The notes under the pieces: generated by a model
The model's input: the letters and a program-made list of their open reading frames with translations, nothing else
Databases searched by the model: none
Told to the model about the DNA's origin: nothing
NCBI GenBank assembly: GCA_012026655.1
Contig: JAAILG010000295.1
Coordinates: 1-64,000, forward strand
Direction of reading: 5' to 3'
DNA: 64,000 nucleotides
Source: Hydrolagus affinis
Lineage: Eukaryota
Made by a program: the position numbers and the translations under genes
Shown: positions 40,336 to 52,319 of the stretch, piece after piece
How the letters are laid out: every line of letters starts with the position of its first letter
Position numbering within the stretch: the first letter of the stretch is position 1

Positions 40336-41022
40336 AACAACAACAACTTAAACTTATAAAGCGCCTTTCACGTCGGGAGGACGTCCCAAGGCGCTGCACA
40401 GGAGGCGTGTGACCCGAGCTGGGAGGGGAGTGTTCGGGAAGGGGTGAAACACGTAGGGGAGGTCGAAAAATTCGGGGGGGAACAAAAGGTACGGTCGAAG
40501 AGGAAAGTCTTCAAACCGGCCTTGAAAGAGGAAAGGGAGGAAACAAGGCGGAGGGATTGAGGGAAGGAATTCCACAGGGTGGGAGCGGAGAAACTGAAGG
40601 CCCGGCCTCCGATGGTGGGGCGGTTCGGGCGGGGGGCTTGGAGCAGGCCATGTCCTGCTGAACAGAGGGTCCGGGTGGGCTTATAAGGGGAGAGTAAATC
40701 GGTTAAATTGGGCAGGGCAAGGCCGTGTAAGGCCTTGAAGGTGAGGACGAGGATCTTGAACTCGATCCTCTGGAGGATGGGGAGCCAGTGGAGACGGACG
40801 AGGGTGGGGGTTATGTGGTCGCGGATGCAGGTGTGGGATAGTACACGGGCTGCAGAGTTTTGGATGATCTGCAGCCTGTGAATGGAGGAGCTGAGGAGGC
40901 CGACGAGGAGAGAGTTTCCGTAGTCCAGCCGTGAGGTGATGTACGCGTGCATGAGTGTTTCGGCAGCGTGGGGGGGTGAGATAGTTGCGGAGCCTGGCAA
41001 TGTTGCGTAGGTGGAAATAAGC
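40336..41022 (-). mobile_element. Young L2 LINE, 5'-truncated; same subfamily as 25066-25870, opposite orientation
   Basis: ORF 40368-41051 AETLMHAYITSRLDYGNSLLVGL...LHWLPILQRIEFKILVLTFKALHGLA...FKAGLKTFLF; last ~125 bp differ from the first copy at one position by eye. Confidence 0.95.
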
Positions 41023-41089
41023 TTGAGGGGTGTTAGAGTCTCAAGTTTCATATTGGGTTTTCTTATTTCCTTCCTCCCAATTTACACAG

Positions 41090-41207
41090 GAAAACCCAAG
41101 AGCCCCAAACCTTATTGGCTTCACTTCATATGAACTTGGGAATGTGATCTATCTGGAATCTACAATGAGGAACTTTCAAACATCTGCAGATAACACTGAC
41201 TTCAGAG
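41090..41207 (+). other. Candidate internal exon (118 nt), gene unknown
   Basis: Polypyrimidine tract ttttcttatttccttcctccc...ttacacag|G and donor GAG|gtaaga; frame 0 open (ENPRAPNLIGFTSYELGNVIYLESTMRNFQTSADNTDFR); peptide not recognised. Confidence 0.3.
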
Positions 41208-41390
41208 GTAAGAACCCATAAGGGGATGGGGAGGGAAAGATGTCCCAAACAGCAGTCAAACAGCTACGTCTTGAGTGGGACCTTGAATGAGGGAAGCAAG
41301 CAAGTTGGAGGGGCTCTGAGATTACTGAATGTACTTGTGAGACGTGACAAATGAAGTATGCATCATTTTAAAATAGCAGCCTCACTTTCC

Positions 41391-41702
41391 GGGGGGCACT
41401 CAATAGTCTGAAGGTTCGATAGTCCAAAAGTTCATTGTCTGAAGGTTCGATAGTCTGAACACACAAATTTCCTATACCCGGTCCGGTTACCGTGGTTACT
41501 GCTCGATAGTCCGAACTGCCAATGAAATAAGGTTTGTTAATCCGAACATTTGGTGCAACAGTCCGAAGGTTCATTTGTCCAAAGGTTAGGGTTATGGTTA
41601 GGGTTAGAGTTACGGTTAGGGTTAGGGGAAGCTTCGGACTAACGAACCTTTGGACTAATAAACCTTCGGACTAACGAACCTTCGGACTATCGAGCGGTAA
41701 CC
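41391..41702. mobile_element. Non-autonomous DNA transposon (MITE-like), 312 bp, 8-bp TSD CACTTTCC, GG...CC termini, inverted 16-bp subterminal arrays, internal TTAGGG tract
   Basis: TSD at 41383-41390 and 41703-41710; left units atagtcYgaaggttcg; four right units cttcggactaacgaac-like at 41632-41695. Confidence 0.85.
41584..41627 (+). repeat. Interstitial telomeric-type repeat, about 7 degenerate TTAGGG units
   Basis: ggttagggttatggttagggttagagttacggttagggttaggg. Confidence 0.9.
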
Positions 41703-41839
41703 CACTTTCCTTCAGTAACAGAACTGATCTATCAAAAACCAAATGCTAAATGGAACATATGTTCTGTAATGCACATCAGAATTGATCAACACTTCCTCTC
41801 ATTGAAATCACAAACTCAGGCTTGTCACAGATAGGAACA

Positions 41840-41965
41840 GAGAAACATAGAAACAGGAGTAGGCCATTCAGCCCCTCAAGCCTGTTCTGCCACTCTATAA
41901 GATTATGGCTGATCTGTACCTCAAGCCCAATTAATCACCCTTGTCCCATATCCCTTAATAACCTC
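41840..41965 (-). mobile_element. CR1-type 3' terminal fragment, second family
   Basis: gaaacatagaaacaggagtaggccattcagcccctcaagcctgttctgcca is a reverse-complement CR1-type end. Confidence 0.7.
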
Positions 41966-42973
41966 TGACCCATAGTACAGTACTATCCAGGGACTATTCA
42001 ATTCCTCTTACCTGCAAAGCACTTTGTTCTTGTTTTATGTTTGTGTACGACACATATGGAAACCCATTACCATTCTTAAGAATATCCAAACTAAACCAAT
42101 CCATTCAACATGCTATCTCACTTATAGATGCACAGTCACCTCACTTCTCAGTAAAATCCTCGACAATGATATACGCTGTAAAGAATGTACAGAATATTGC
42201 TGTTTAAATCTTCCTTTATTCTCCCTGCAAACTTGATTGTATATCAACAGATCTGAAAGTCTGTAACTGGCAGCAGGTCCCAATTAAGAAAATGTCTTAC
42301 ACCCTCATGTTACACTGACATCTCTATACCATAATATTAAATTGACATCTCCATACCCAGAAATTACACCAACTCCTCTAATACCCATATACAACAGTGT
42401 AATCTGTATATAACCACCTCTGTACTCTGTGCTAAATGCTCCAGTTGGAGTGTCTCTCTGCATATAGTCACCGATGGGAGAAAAGCTGCTCTGTGTTATG
42501 ACAACATGGAAAAAGATGAAATCAAAGCCCAAGCTTCTTTAAGCAAAACAATTAATTAAGTTGCTGTTTGGAAATGTGATAATGAACGTTTTTGCTGCAC
42601 GATTGACAGAGCAGTTTTACAGAGAGCAGGATGCAGCCCCTTTGGGACAGGCAGCCTGTCATGAAGAGTTGAAGGTCACACAAACAGCACACGCAGGGCT
42701 CTGCTTTTTGACTGTTTCAGCTAATTTGGTCCCAGCGCACCTCTTTTGCTGTTCGTTAACCTGCAGTTTGATGGAGCATAAGCCTGGCTCCCCAAAGAGC
42801 TTGGGGTTGAATTCCTGACCACAAAGGTTAGCCCTGCAATGTGTCGCTGTTTATTGCACTATAAATGCTTCTCACTTACCATGTCCTTTGAAGTCATTTC
42901 GTGGAGGATTTTCACAGCACCATCAACAAAAGCAAAAGATTTAGAAGCAGAGTCCATCACTGTATAATCCAAA

Positions 42974-43080
42974 TATTAACGCTGCCCCATTTCATACCCT
43001 GGTATTAACACTGTCCCACTTTACACACTGATAATAACATCGGCCCTCTTTATACCCTGGTATTAAAACTGCTCCTCTTA
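42974..43080. repeat. 29-bp minisatellite, about 3.7 copies
   Basis: Units start at 42974, 43003, 43032 and 43061 (tattaacRctgcccc.cttt.ataccctgg). Confidence 0.85.
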
Positions 43081-46000
43081 TTGTGCCGTGGGATATCTTC
43101 CTGAAGTGAAAGGCACCATACGAATAAAATTCGTTGTTTGTTGTTATACATCCTGTAGTGAAATAGGAACTATCCAGACCCTAGATCAGCTGTTCTCAAA
43201 CAAATCGTTTTGGTGGCTTGAGTATGTGGGCACCAACACTTATTAGTGGCTGTGTTGCTAGTTTTCCATAAAATACTCAGTTAATCATACGAAAAATAAG
43301 GGAAATGTCAACAGGCGCACATCTCAAACAGTTTTCATTTAGATTTGACAAACTGCATTTGAGAAAACACTTTTCTGCACAAAACCTTGCACAAACAGTA
43401 ACAAGAAAAGAACAGCACAATAACCAAAAATCATTTTTGCAAATTTTTACGGTATTAGGGACCAGAATTGTTGGTATAGTTGTAATCGGCTTAGCGGATA
43501 TGATACTCATCAGATCAGTTGAAGTCTGAAAACATTAGTTGTTTTGCCATCTTCATCTAAGCCTCTCATGATGTTTTGAATCAGCCGGGTGTATGACACC
43601 TGTGAGTATCCAAACCAAACAGAGTTCTGAATCCCATCTCACACATGGATATTGCAGAGATAGATTATTAGAATGGAATAGCTACTGGATCAACACTACA
43701 TAGACATCCGAGCTGGCCAGTGAAGCTGCTGTGGGGCTAATGTTTCTAATTCAAGAGTCATTCTTGTCGCTAAATCTAGAGATTTGTTTACATATATCAG
43801 AGCCCAATATACGTCAATTCCCTCCTTCTAGAGGCAGCGGGCGGTATGGGGGTGAGAGGTGGGGAGATGGAGAGGGTAAGAGAAACAGTATCGTCAACTG
43901 CCACTCAATGAAAGTCGTCAGACGGACATTGTAAAGTCGGGACATGAAGCAACAAATTCCCAAACTGCAGAGAGTCTGCATTATCAGACTGTGGGGGGAG
44001 TGTGTGTGGAGCGCACTGCAAGCTTGTCCTTGACTTTCGAGTGAGAGTTGGGCCCACTGCTGCGGAGGGGGCCACTAGACAGTAGCTCCCTGAGAGCGTA
44101 TGAGGGTGGGTAGGCTGTTGGCTGGACGGGCTTTCAAACCACATTTGACAAAAGGCTGCCCCAGATACAGTGAGATGGATCTTATAAGAGACCAATGGGT
44201 CTCATGCAGGTATGAGAGGAATGAGGTATGAGCAATGATTAGACAAGACCCAGTCTTCAAAACTTCCATAACAGGACTTGAACTTATACAATCCATCTGC
44301 TCTGACTTTCTTCGCAGATAATCGAGTAGAATTACAAATGGTCGGAATTGTTTTAAGTCATTTCTGAGCTTTTCCTTGGGAATTTGAGGGTTGGGTGGGG
44401 GGGAAGGGGAGGGAGCGGTTGCGGAGGGGAGATGCGGGTGTTTGGATCAAACTGTGGAAAAGTAAAGATGTTGCACATCAGACGCTGTCAGCAGCCTTCG
44501 GAGGAGGAACAGAAAGCTGGGCTGACATCTGACGCTTATCAAACAGCGAGCGATTTTCCTCCCTCACCCACCCCCCACCCTGCACATCGAGCCGCTCCAG
44601 TCCAGTCGAGCTCGTCTTTTATTTCAAACAGCTCCCAGAATTACATCCTTAAAATTTGTCAGAATCTCCGTGTGCAGTTGGAATTGAGAGTGGGCTTTGA
44701 AATTGGAGCAGCTCCCAGCCTGCTGGCGTGCCTGTTACAAGTGGCTGCTGGTGAAATGGACAGCGCTAATTAACACACAGCCACGTTACTCTGGACTCCT
44801 TACTGCCCAGCCAGACCTGCTCCGCATCTGTCTCCCTATACCCTCCCCCAACCTTCCCCTCGCCTCCCCTTCCACTCCCTTTCTTTCCTTTCGTTTGAAA
44901 ACATTTTAAGGGGGCTTTTGTTTTTAAAGTCACAGAATAATTGGCCATCAGAGTGTTTTGATCTGAATCTCAGACCCTGCACGTGCCACGCACCCTCCTG
45001 CCTTTGGGTAGGCAGAATAATGGAATTTCACTGTGTGGGAGGAGGCCATTCGGCTCACTGAGTCTGCACCAGCACTCAGAGCAAGTTGTCCATTCAATCC
45101 CCCTGCCCTGCCCTCTCCCCTTTAAGTCTATATCCTTTTTATATCTGTCTACTTCCCTTTGAAGCCCACAATTTATTTTTGATCAGTTGGCTGGCTCTGA
45201 TACATGCGAAAACCCATCACCTTGTTTCACAACAGAATTCCATACAACCAACCTACACGTGGAAATCCCAGAGCTACATTGTTGGACTGAAATGCATGCT
45301 CTCTCCCTGGAGAGACACATCCTGTTTACTTAATTCCAGAAAATATTAAGCACAGGTTGGCAAGAGAGAATTTGTGCATAGCATTATTCCACAAATAGTT
45401 CTTGGAGTGAGTGATCAATTTTAACTGGGGTTAGTTGTCCAAAGATACTGGGAGAAACTTCCTTCTTTTTTCCAATAATATCGCGGGATCTTTAACATCC
45501 AGCTAAACAAGCAGATGGGACCTTTGTTTAATGTCTCATTCAAAGGATGGGATTTGTTCTCACAGAACATCTTAGTTTGAATTTTGGTTGCCAAAGAGAC
45601 TGCAAAAGGAGCCAGGAGTCCACTGAAGACTTAACAACAGCCAGGCGAGATTTGAGGATCAAAAATCCTGAGTCTGGACATGGGTTTGGCAATGCATGTG
45701 AAGGTATTTTAAAAATCTCTGCTCTCGGTTCATAAAAAATACACTTCCCCCTCCCCCGGAAAAAGAAAGCAACTGATGTGAACCTGAGATTTGACCTACC
45801 TTATAATATTGAGCTAGATTGAAGTGTTAGTGAGGCGTGTTTGTTTGTTTGGGGTCAGCACTATTGACCCAGACTGGAGTGTTAGTTATTTGACCTCTCT
45901 GGTCTGCGGTCAGGACCATTGACCCTGCTTGAAGTATTGGTGATTCCTGTTTGCTGTTCTGGGGTCTGGAGGGCCATCCACTCCTATTTAATGAGCTGGG

Positions 46001-46444
46001 GCTCAATGCTGTTGACATTCCCCTGGTGGTATGTGATTCAGTTCCGGACGGACTGCGGAGTGTTCGAAAGCACGCCGAACGCTTGTTTGCCATTCCCCAA
46101 TTAGTGCTGCCTCTTATTGTCTCATCAACTCTCTCGTGCTTGGTAAAACTTACTCCCCTGCCAACCCCCACCCCACCCCACCCCTCCCTCCCCACCACCA
46201 CCACCAAAAAAAATGATGGAGCCTATAGATTCCTTAGTGTTCAGGCAATTCTTATGTGAAAGGCACTATACAAGTGTCATTTTGTTGTTGTTGTAAAGCC
46301 AAGATGGTGAAGAGCAATTAACACCCTCTCTCCCACTAACAGAGCCAGATTGGCAACTGGGCTGTAGGGGGAGGAGGACAGACTCCTCTATCCCAGATAT
46401 TGTATCATTGATACTTGTGACTTTGTTATTCTGCATTAGTTCTG

Positions 46445-47316
46445 AAATAATACCTGCATTTGATATAGCACCTTGCCATACCGACAAATTGTCTCAAAGC
46501 GTTTCGCATGGTACACAGTGAAGTGTAGTGACTGCATTTTAGAGGTCAATATGGCAGCCAACTTGTGCATGGAAATATCCCACAAATGGCCTTAAAGTGA
46601 GTACCAATGTTATCTGGGGGATTGTTGGCTGGGGTACCAGGAAATCTCACTTCTCTTTTGTAACAGTCAGGGAATCATAGAATTATTCAGCACAGAAGGA
46701 GGCCATTCGTCCCATTGTGTCTGTGCCGACTCTTGAAAAGAACTGTCCAAATCAATCCCAATTCCCTGCTCTCTCCCCATAACCCTGCAAAATTGTCCAC
46801 CCAAAATAACTAAGTACTTCTCTATAAAAGTTGTTATCGAATCAGCTTTTACCACCCTTTCAGGCGATGCATTTTAGGTCCGAAGAAATTGTGTGAAAAA
46901 AATTCTCCTTACCTCCGCTCCGTTTCTTTTAACAACTATTTCAAATCGGTGTCTTTGGGTTACTGACCCACTCGCCAGTGGAAATAGGTTCTCCTTATTC
47001 ACTCTATCGAATCCCCTGATAATTTCGACAACTTCTATTAAGTCTCCTCTTAACTTTATATCTGTATTATTTATTTTATTTCTACGTCCTCCTGATTTGA
47101 AAGGTGCTCTGTAAATGTAATTTTGTTGTTGTTCTACATGACTGGTTGGTTTTAACGTCTCATCTAAAGGACACCATCTCTGATACAGCTGCACACTCCC
47201 AGCACTCCTCTGGAGTGTGAGTGTCTGAGACTGTGAGTTCAAAGTCCCGACGTGAGTTTAGAACCCACAACCTTCAGACTCGGAGGCGAGTTTGCTACCG
47301 ACTGAGCCAGGCTGAT
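46445..47316 (-). mobile_element. DeuSINE split by nested insertions (tail 46445-46660, head 47148-47316)
   Basis: Collinear SINE halves flank a CR1 fragment and a + strand L2 tail (about 47085-47133). Confidence 0.7.
46672..47055 (-). mobile_element. CR1 LINE 3' fragment
   Basis: LRGDLIEVVEIIRGFDRVNKENLFPL...VRRIFFTQ CR1 ORF2 terminus; gaatcatagaat tail. Confidence 0.92.
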
Positions 47317-47794
47317 TCTGATATCAGGTGGAATTGGGGAAGAGGAAGGGGGCTGCTGTAGAAAGACCTTGAACCCTGAGCACTGATACAGCACTTTGCC
47401 ATTGATTATCTGCACTTTCAGCCCACATCTGGTTGCTGTTGACTTTAGCTGCATGTTTCTATATGAACCGACAGCTTAGTTCTTCCAGACACTGGAGTAC
47501 ACTAAGTTAGGGTTGCACTTCACAGAGACATGTTTCAAACGGCTTGCAGAACTCAGGGAGCAGTGCATTACACAGATGGACATGGTATTAATCTCCACAT
47601 GGAATATTTAGCTGTGTTGTCAGGAAGAGAAATGGTCGGTATATCAATTGTACAATGTAATAAAGTGGCAGAACAGGCTCAATGGGCTGAATGGCCCTTG
47701 TTCTGAGCCTCCTAACATTCAGTCTCTTTGAAATTGCTGAAGCCAGCTGGTTATTGATGATGCCGGCCTCTGGATTAAACGTTAAACCACGTGT

Positions 47795-48075
47795 TCACCC
47801 ACTCCATAGCTGCCTGTGGGACATTTTGCCCACAAATATACAGTCAATTCACTTTACAGTATATTCTGTGAAGCGCTTTGAGACGTCGATAAGACGTGAA
47901 AAGCGCTATATCAAATGCAAGGATTATTATTCTTATTGCTGTGCTCATAACTAGCTGCCGCGTTTCACCCACATTATACACAGTCAATCCACTTTCCTGT
48001 GTAAGCACTTTAAGACGTCTGATCAATGTGATAAAGCATTATACCAAATGCAAAGATTATTTATTATTATCTTTA
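47795..48075 (+). mobile_element. Two tandem SINE tails
   Basis: A well-preserved tail (about 47825-47935) followed by an older tail (about 47955-48075). Confidence 0.8.
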
Positions 48076-49659
48076 TGATTATATTGACTACGAATGGGTA
48101 TGCACAGCTGGCTAGTGGAGTAAGCACATCGGTAAGTAAGTTCATGCTTGCAACCGTTCATTGGGCTGATTGTATAGATCACCAGTGCTAACCTGAGTGC
48201 TGAGCCTGGTTCCCAGTCACCGTTGCTCAGCTGTTAAGGATATTTTTGCTCCCCTCTTCCTCCCCTCCTAACCCCACTGTTGCTCAATGCTCCCCCTGCC
48301 TGATGTGAATTCAGCCTGAGATTCCCATCGCGGCGTGCACACCAACTTTCCATTAGGGTCAACTTCAAAGAGGAGGCAGCCTTGCATGCAAGCACCATTG
48401 CACCTCAGAGAATACCCTCCGCAAATTGTTTCAATAATTGGCTGCGGCGGAGGCAGAGAAAGATAATTATCTTCACATCCCGACCGCTTTTATCTGCAAA
48501 GTGGAAGCATTATTCTTGGCAATATAAAGGAAAAAATGTTAATGAACCGATTGGCAAAGCGTGGATTCAGTTCTGAAAGTGATCCCCTAACGGGATTAGA
48601 AAGTAATAACGAGATTTAAGAAAGGATGTGACTAATAATGATTTTTCTCCAGTCTTTAAGCCTCAACATCTGTGATCACCAATTGCAATATATTTACAAT
48701 TAATTATTGCTATGGTCGCCCTTTTATTTCTTGAGAATATTGCCCGGGTGTGTTTTTCTTTTCCTTTGCCCTGTCGTATCATTTACACTTCCCACAGATG
48801 ATGGTATGTCAGTGTGTTTCACACTTCCATCTCACAAAAGACTAAGCCCTATTGATACAGAAGTCAGAAAATCAGACGCAAGCAAAACAAATCAATGCCA
48901 TTTGAATCGACTCATGTCCCAGTGCGCCGCTCAGGCTTCCCAGAACAAAGCTGAGAAGGTGTGAGTTTCCAATCCTGAGTTTGATTTCACTGGAGATGAT
49001 GATGATAATAATAATCCTTACATTTGATATAGTGCTTGATCATGTTGATGAAAAGTCTCAAATCGCTTTACAGAATATACTGTACTGTAAAGCGCATTGA
49101 CTGTGTATTTTGTGGGTGTTATACAGAGTGATCAGCAGATTTGGTTCTGAGAGTGACAGATTCCCCCCAACCCAGAGTGACAACCAGCCCCCACCCACCA
49201 CTCCACTGCCCCCAACACTCAGAGTGATATCCCTCACTCACCTGGAGAGATAGATCTTCCATCCCCCAGAGCAAAGCTTACCGCACAACCCCCTTGCCTG
49301 CAGCTGACAATACTACTAGACGAATGATTGCCATTTTTCATTTATTGTTCCAGACAAAGTACACATTTCTGTTCTTTATTGTCAACGTTCAGGCGAATGG
49401 ACCATGTCTCTGCTGGGCATGCTTCAAAAGCTCCCAGCCCTGTTTTCGGTGCTTTGGCAGCACTGTGACCAGCAGAGGGAGCACTGACACCAGATACAAC
49501 CCATCTTTCACTGCACCTGGCACACACAGACCAATTGCAGTAAACAACATCTACTTGATCTCTCTCTTCTGACCAGAGATGATGTGTTGCCTTGGACATG
49601 GAAATGGTCTGTGCCATACAACCTTAAAGAAGCAATATAAGAAAACTAGTCCTTTAATT

Positions 49660-49955
49660 AGTCTGTGGTTAGAGCATGTGTCTTGCAAGCAAGAAACACA
49701 GGGTTCATTCCTGGCAGGATGAAACTTTGGGCGAGTTTCCTTACTCCACATGCCTGATAATGATCCCTCAAGAAAAAAATAACAGTATTAAAATTGGACA
49801 CTTCAATCCAAGACTGTTTGTGGGACACTGCTCTGTGCAATTAGCTGCCGCATTTTGCGTACAAATATACAGCCAATTCACTTCACAGTATTTTCTGTAA
49901 GCGCTTTGAGACATCTCGAAGAAATGCGCTATATCTAAATGCAAGGATTATTATA
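49660..49955 (+). mobile_element. tRNA-derived SINE, short form
   Basis: gtggttagagcatg head; ccacatgcctgataatgatccc junction; tail. Confidence 0.88.
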
Positions 49956-49997
49956 AACTAATAAGAAAAAGTAGCATTTTTGTAGTGTCTACAATAT

Positions 49998-50370
49998 TAA
50001 TAATAATAATCCTTGCGTTTGATATAGCGCCTTATATTATTGAGATGCCAATGACACAGAATATATTGTAAAGTGGATTGATGAGGATTTTATGGGTGAA
50101 ACACAGCAGCCAATTGCACACAGCAATGGTCCACAAACATTCAAGGATTGGTAACTACAATTTTTCCTTCTTTTGAAGGATTATTGCTCCTGGAAAGTGA
50201 TCCGACTAACTCCCTGCAATCAACTAACAGCTGGGTTCCTACCTACAGTTCAGTAAACAGAGGCGTGTGACATTAATGAAACTTGCCTTTAGATTTCACC
50301 TCAACTGGGAACCAAACCCAGATCTTCTCGCTTGTGAGGCCAGCGTGCTAACCAATATGCTAGAGACTCA
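49998..50370 (-). mobile_element. tRNA-derived SINE, long form, tail-to-tail with the previous copy
   Basis: Reverse complement contains head, the gcctctgtttactgaactgtaggtaggaaccc segment and tail. Confidence 0.8.
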
Positions 50371-51247
50371 ACTGTGAATATCTGACAATAGTATCTGTCA
50401 AAAGCAATGCTTTACAGTAAATCCTATGAAGCACTTTAATATATTCTCCAGTGATTGCAGTATATAGCCACTATACATATTGGATATCTATCTCACTGAG
50501 CTGCTATTTAATCATATTCTTTAATTGTTGCATTTGATGAAGCGACTTCCACTTCAGGAGGACATCTCAAAGTGCTTCAGAGAAGTTACTGTAAAATGTT
50601 AGACTGTGTTTGTCATGTAAATGTTCCCTTTTTTTAGTTGAATGAGGCAGCTGATTTAACCTCAGCAATGTCCCACAAACAGTGGTGAATGATCAATTTT
50701 GTCTGGGGGTTAATAAAACTCAGTTTTTCTAAATACTGTAGTGCCTTGAGGTCTTTGTCTGCCTGAATGGGCAGACAGACAACTGCTGAGCTCAAAGTTC
50801 CAAGGCAGGCACACTTGATAACAGGACATTTTACAGGATTTCAGTAATAAATACACCATAGGTTCATGGGGTTCATGCTAGAGATGGCTTTGATATCAGT
50901 TCACTTTAAGCACCATCATCATATCAGGTAACAGATGAACCTCAATGCTCAGTTTGTTCAAAAGATCACCCAAACTTCATCTGATATCTTCATTCTACCC
51001 TGAGTCTGGTGTTTCATGTTCACATGAGACACCCGCCCGATTGACTGCCTGAATTTCACCTCGTCTTAGATGTAAGACAGTTTGGCCTTTAAAATTGAGC
51101 ATTGCTTGTTCGAGCAGATGTTAAATGACACTGGTGGAAAAGGGAAGGGAGCTTGTCTCCCAGTGTCCCAGCCAACATACTCCCAGATAGAATAGATTAG
51201 TCGCTTCATAGCTGTTTGTGGAATGTTGACTGCGTGGAGCAGATTCA

Positions 51248-51575
51248 TAATAATAATAATTCTTGTGTTTGATATAGCGGCTCATCACTCTTTCAAGACA
51301 TCTCAAAGCGCTTCAAAGAATATATTTTAAAGTGAATTGACTGTATATTTGGGGGGGACAAATGTGGCAGACAATTGAGCACAATAGTGTCCACTTTATT
51401 TTTTTGAAGAGATTATTACCCCCGGAACAGATTACCCAACAATTGGATTCCTACTTACTCCTTACTTACTCCTATGCAAACTGAGGCATGTGGAGTAAGG
51501 AAATTTGCCTAATGTTTCGCCCTGACAGAGAATCGAACTCAGGTCCTCTCGCTTGCGAGGCGAGTGCTCTAACCA
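51248..51575 (-). mobile_element. tRNA-derived SINE, long form
   Basis: Head ggttagagcactcgcctcgcaagcgagaggacctgagttcgattc on the minus strand, plus tail. Confidence 0.85.
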
Positions 51576-52319
51576 GCAATAAGGCTATATCAAATGCAAG
51601 GATTATTTTTATCATCTTAAATCTGTTCCCTCTCATTTCTGGCGTGTCGACCGGTGGAAATAAACAGTTGCTGTCTCTCCTGTCTTAGCTCGTTTGAGTG
51701 TGTCCCACCCCCCCCTCCCCACTCCACCCCCTCTCCGCTTCCCCCCAACTGTGTCGCTTCCTGTTGCTTCAGTTGTTGCGGGCTGACCTTGGGGATTTCA
51801 GTGTCAGCACAGGGAGTACATTTCCAGAACGGAGCTGATCGCCTTAATATACGTCCATAAATTCTCAAAATGATGACGCCTGCTGATGGCATTATCGGGT
51901 TTCTGAGTGCGCATTCCCGCAGGACAGTGATTCTAAGCTGTCATTTTAAGCTTACGCAGTAAGCTCAGCCAATGCACAAATTTCAGCACTGTGAGCGAGC
52001 CGTCGAGCACCGCACAGTGCATTCCAAGACTGGATTACACTCGGCTTCCTCTCCTGAACACTGACACATTTTCACCGCTTATAAATATCCGTGCCGGATC
52101 ACCCACATATTGTAAAAAAACAACAACTTTGAGACTCAATGAGACTTCAATGATACCTTGATGGTTAAGCGCCCGTGGCTGTGTCCTATAATGATAATAT
52201 AATAAAATTCCTTGCATTTGATATAGTACCTATGTGAATAGCGCCATATAGTGTGAGTTGTTGTTGTGGCTTGTTGCAAGTTGCGGTCAGTTGCCATATA
52301 AATAACATGTCACAAAACT

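Noticed and set aside
41584-41627. Chromosome fusion or telomere-healing site
   Set aside because: Single-orientation short tract enclosed within a TSD-flanked element, not a head-to-head telomere junction
41400-41700. CRISPR-like array of short repeats
   Set aside because: Repeats are contiguous or inverted without unique spacers; eukaryotic context, no cas genes; explained as transposon subterminal repeats
42974-43080. CRISPR-like 29-bp repeats
   Set aside because: Head-to-tail units with no spacers, i.e. an ordinary minisatellite
51982-52020. REST/RE1 site
   Set aside because: Only the TTCAGCAC half matches; no GGACAG half at a valid spacing
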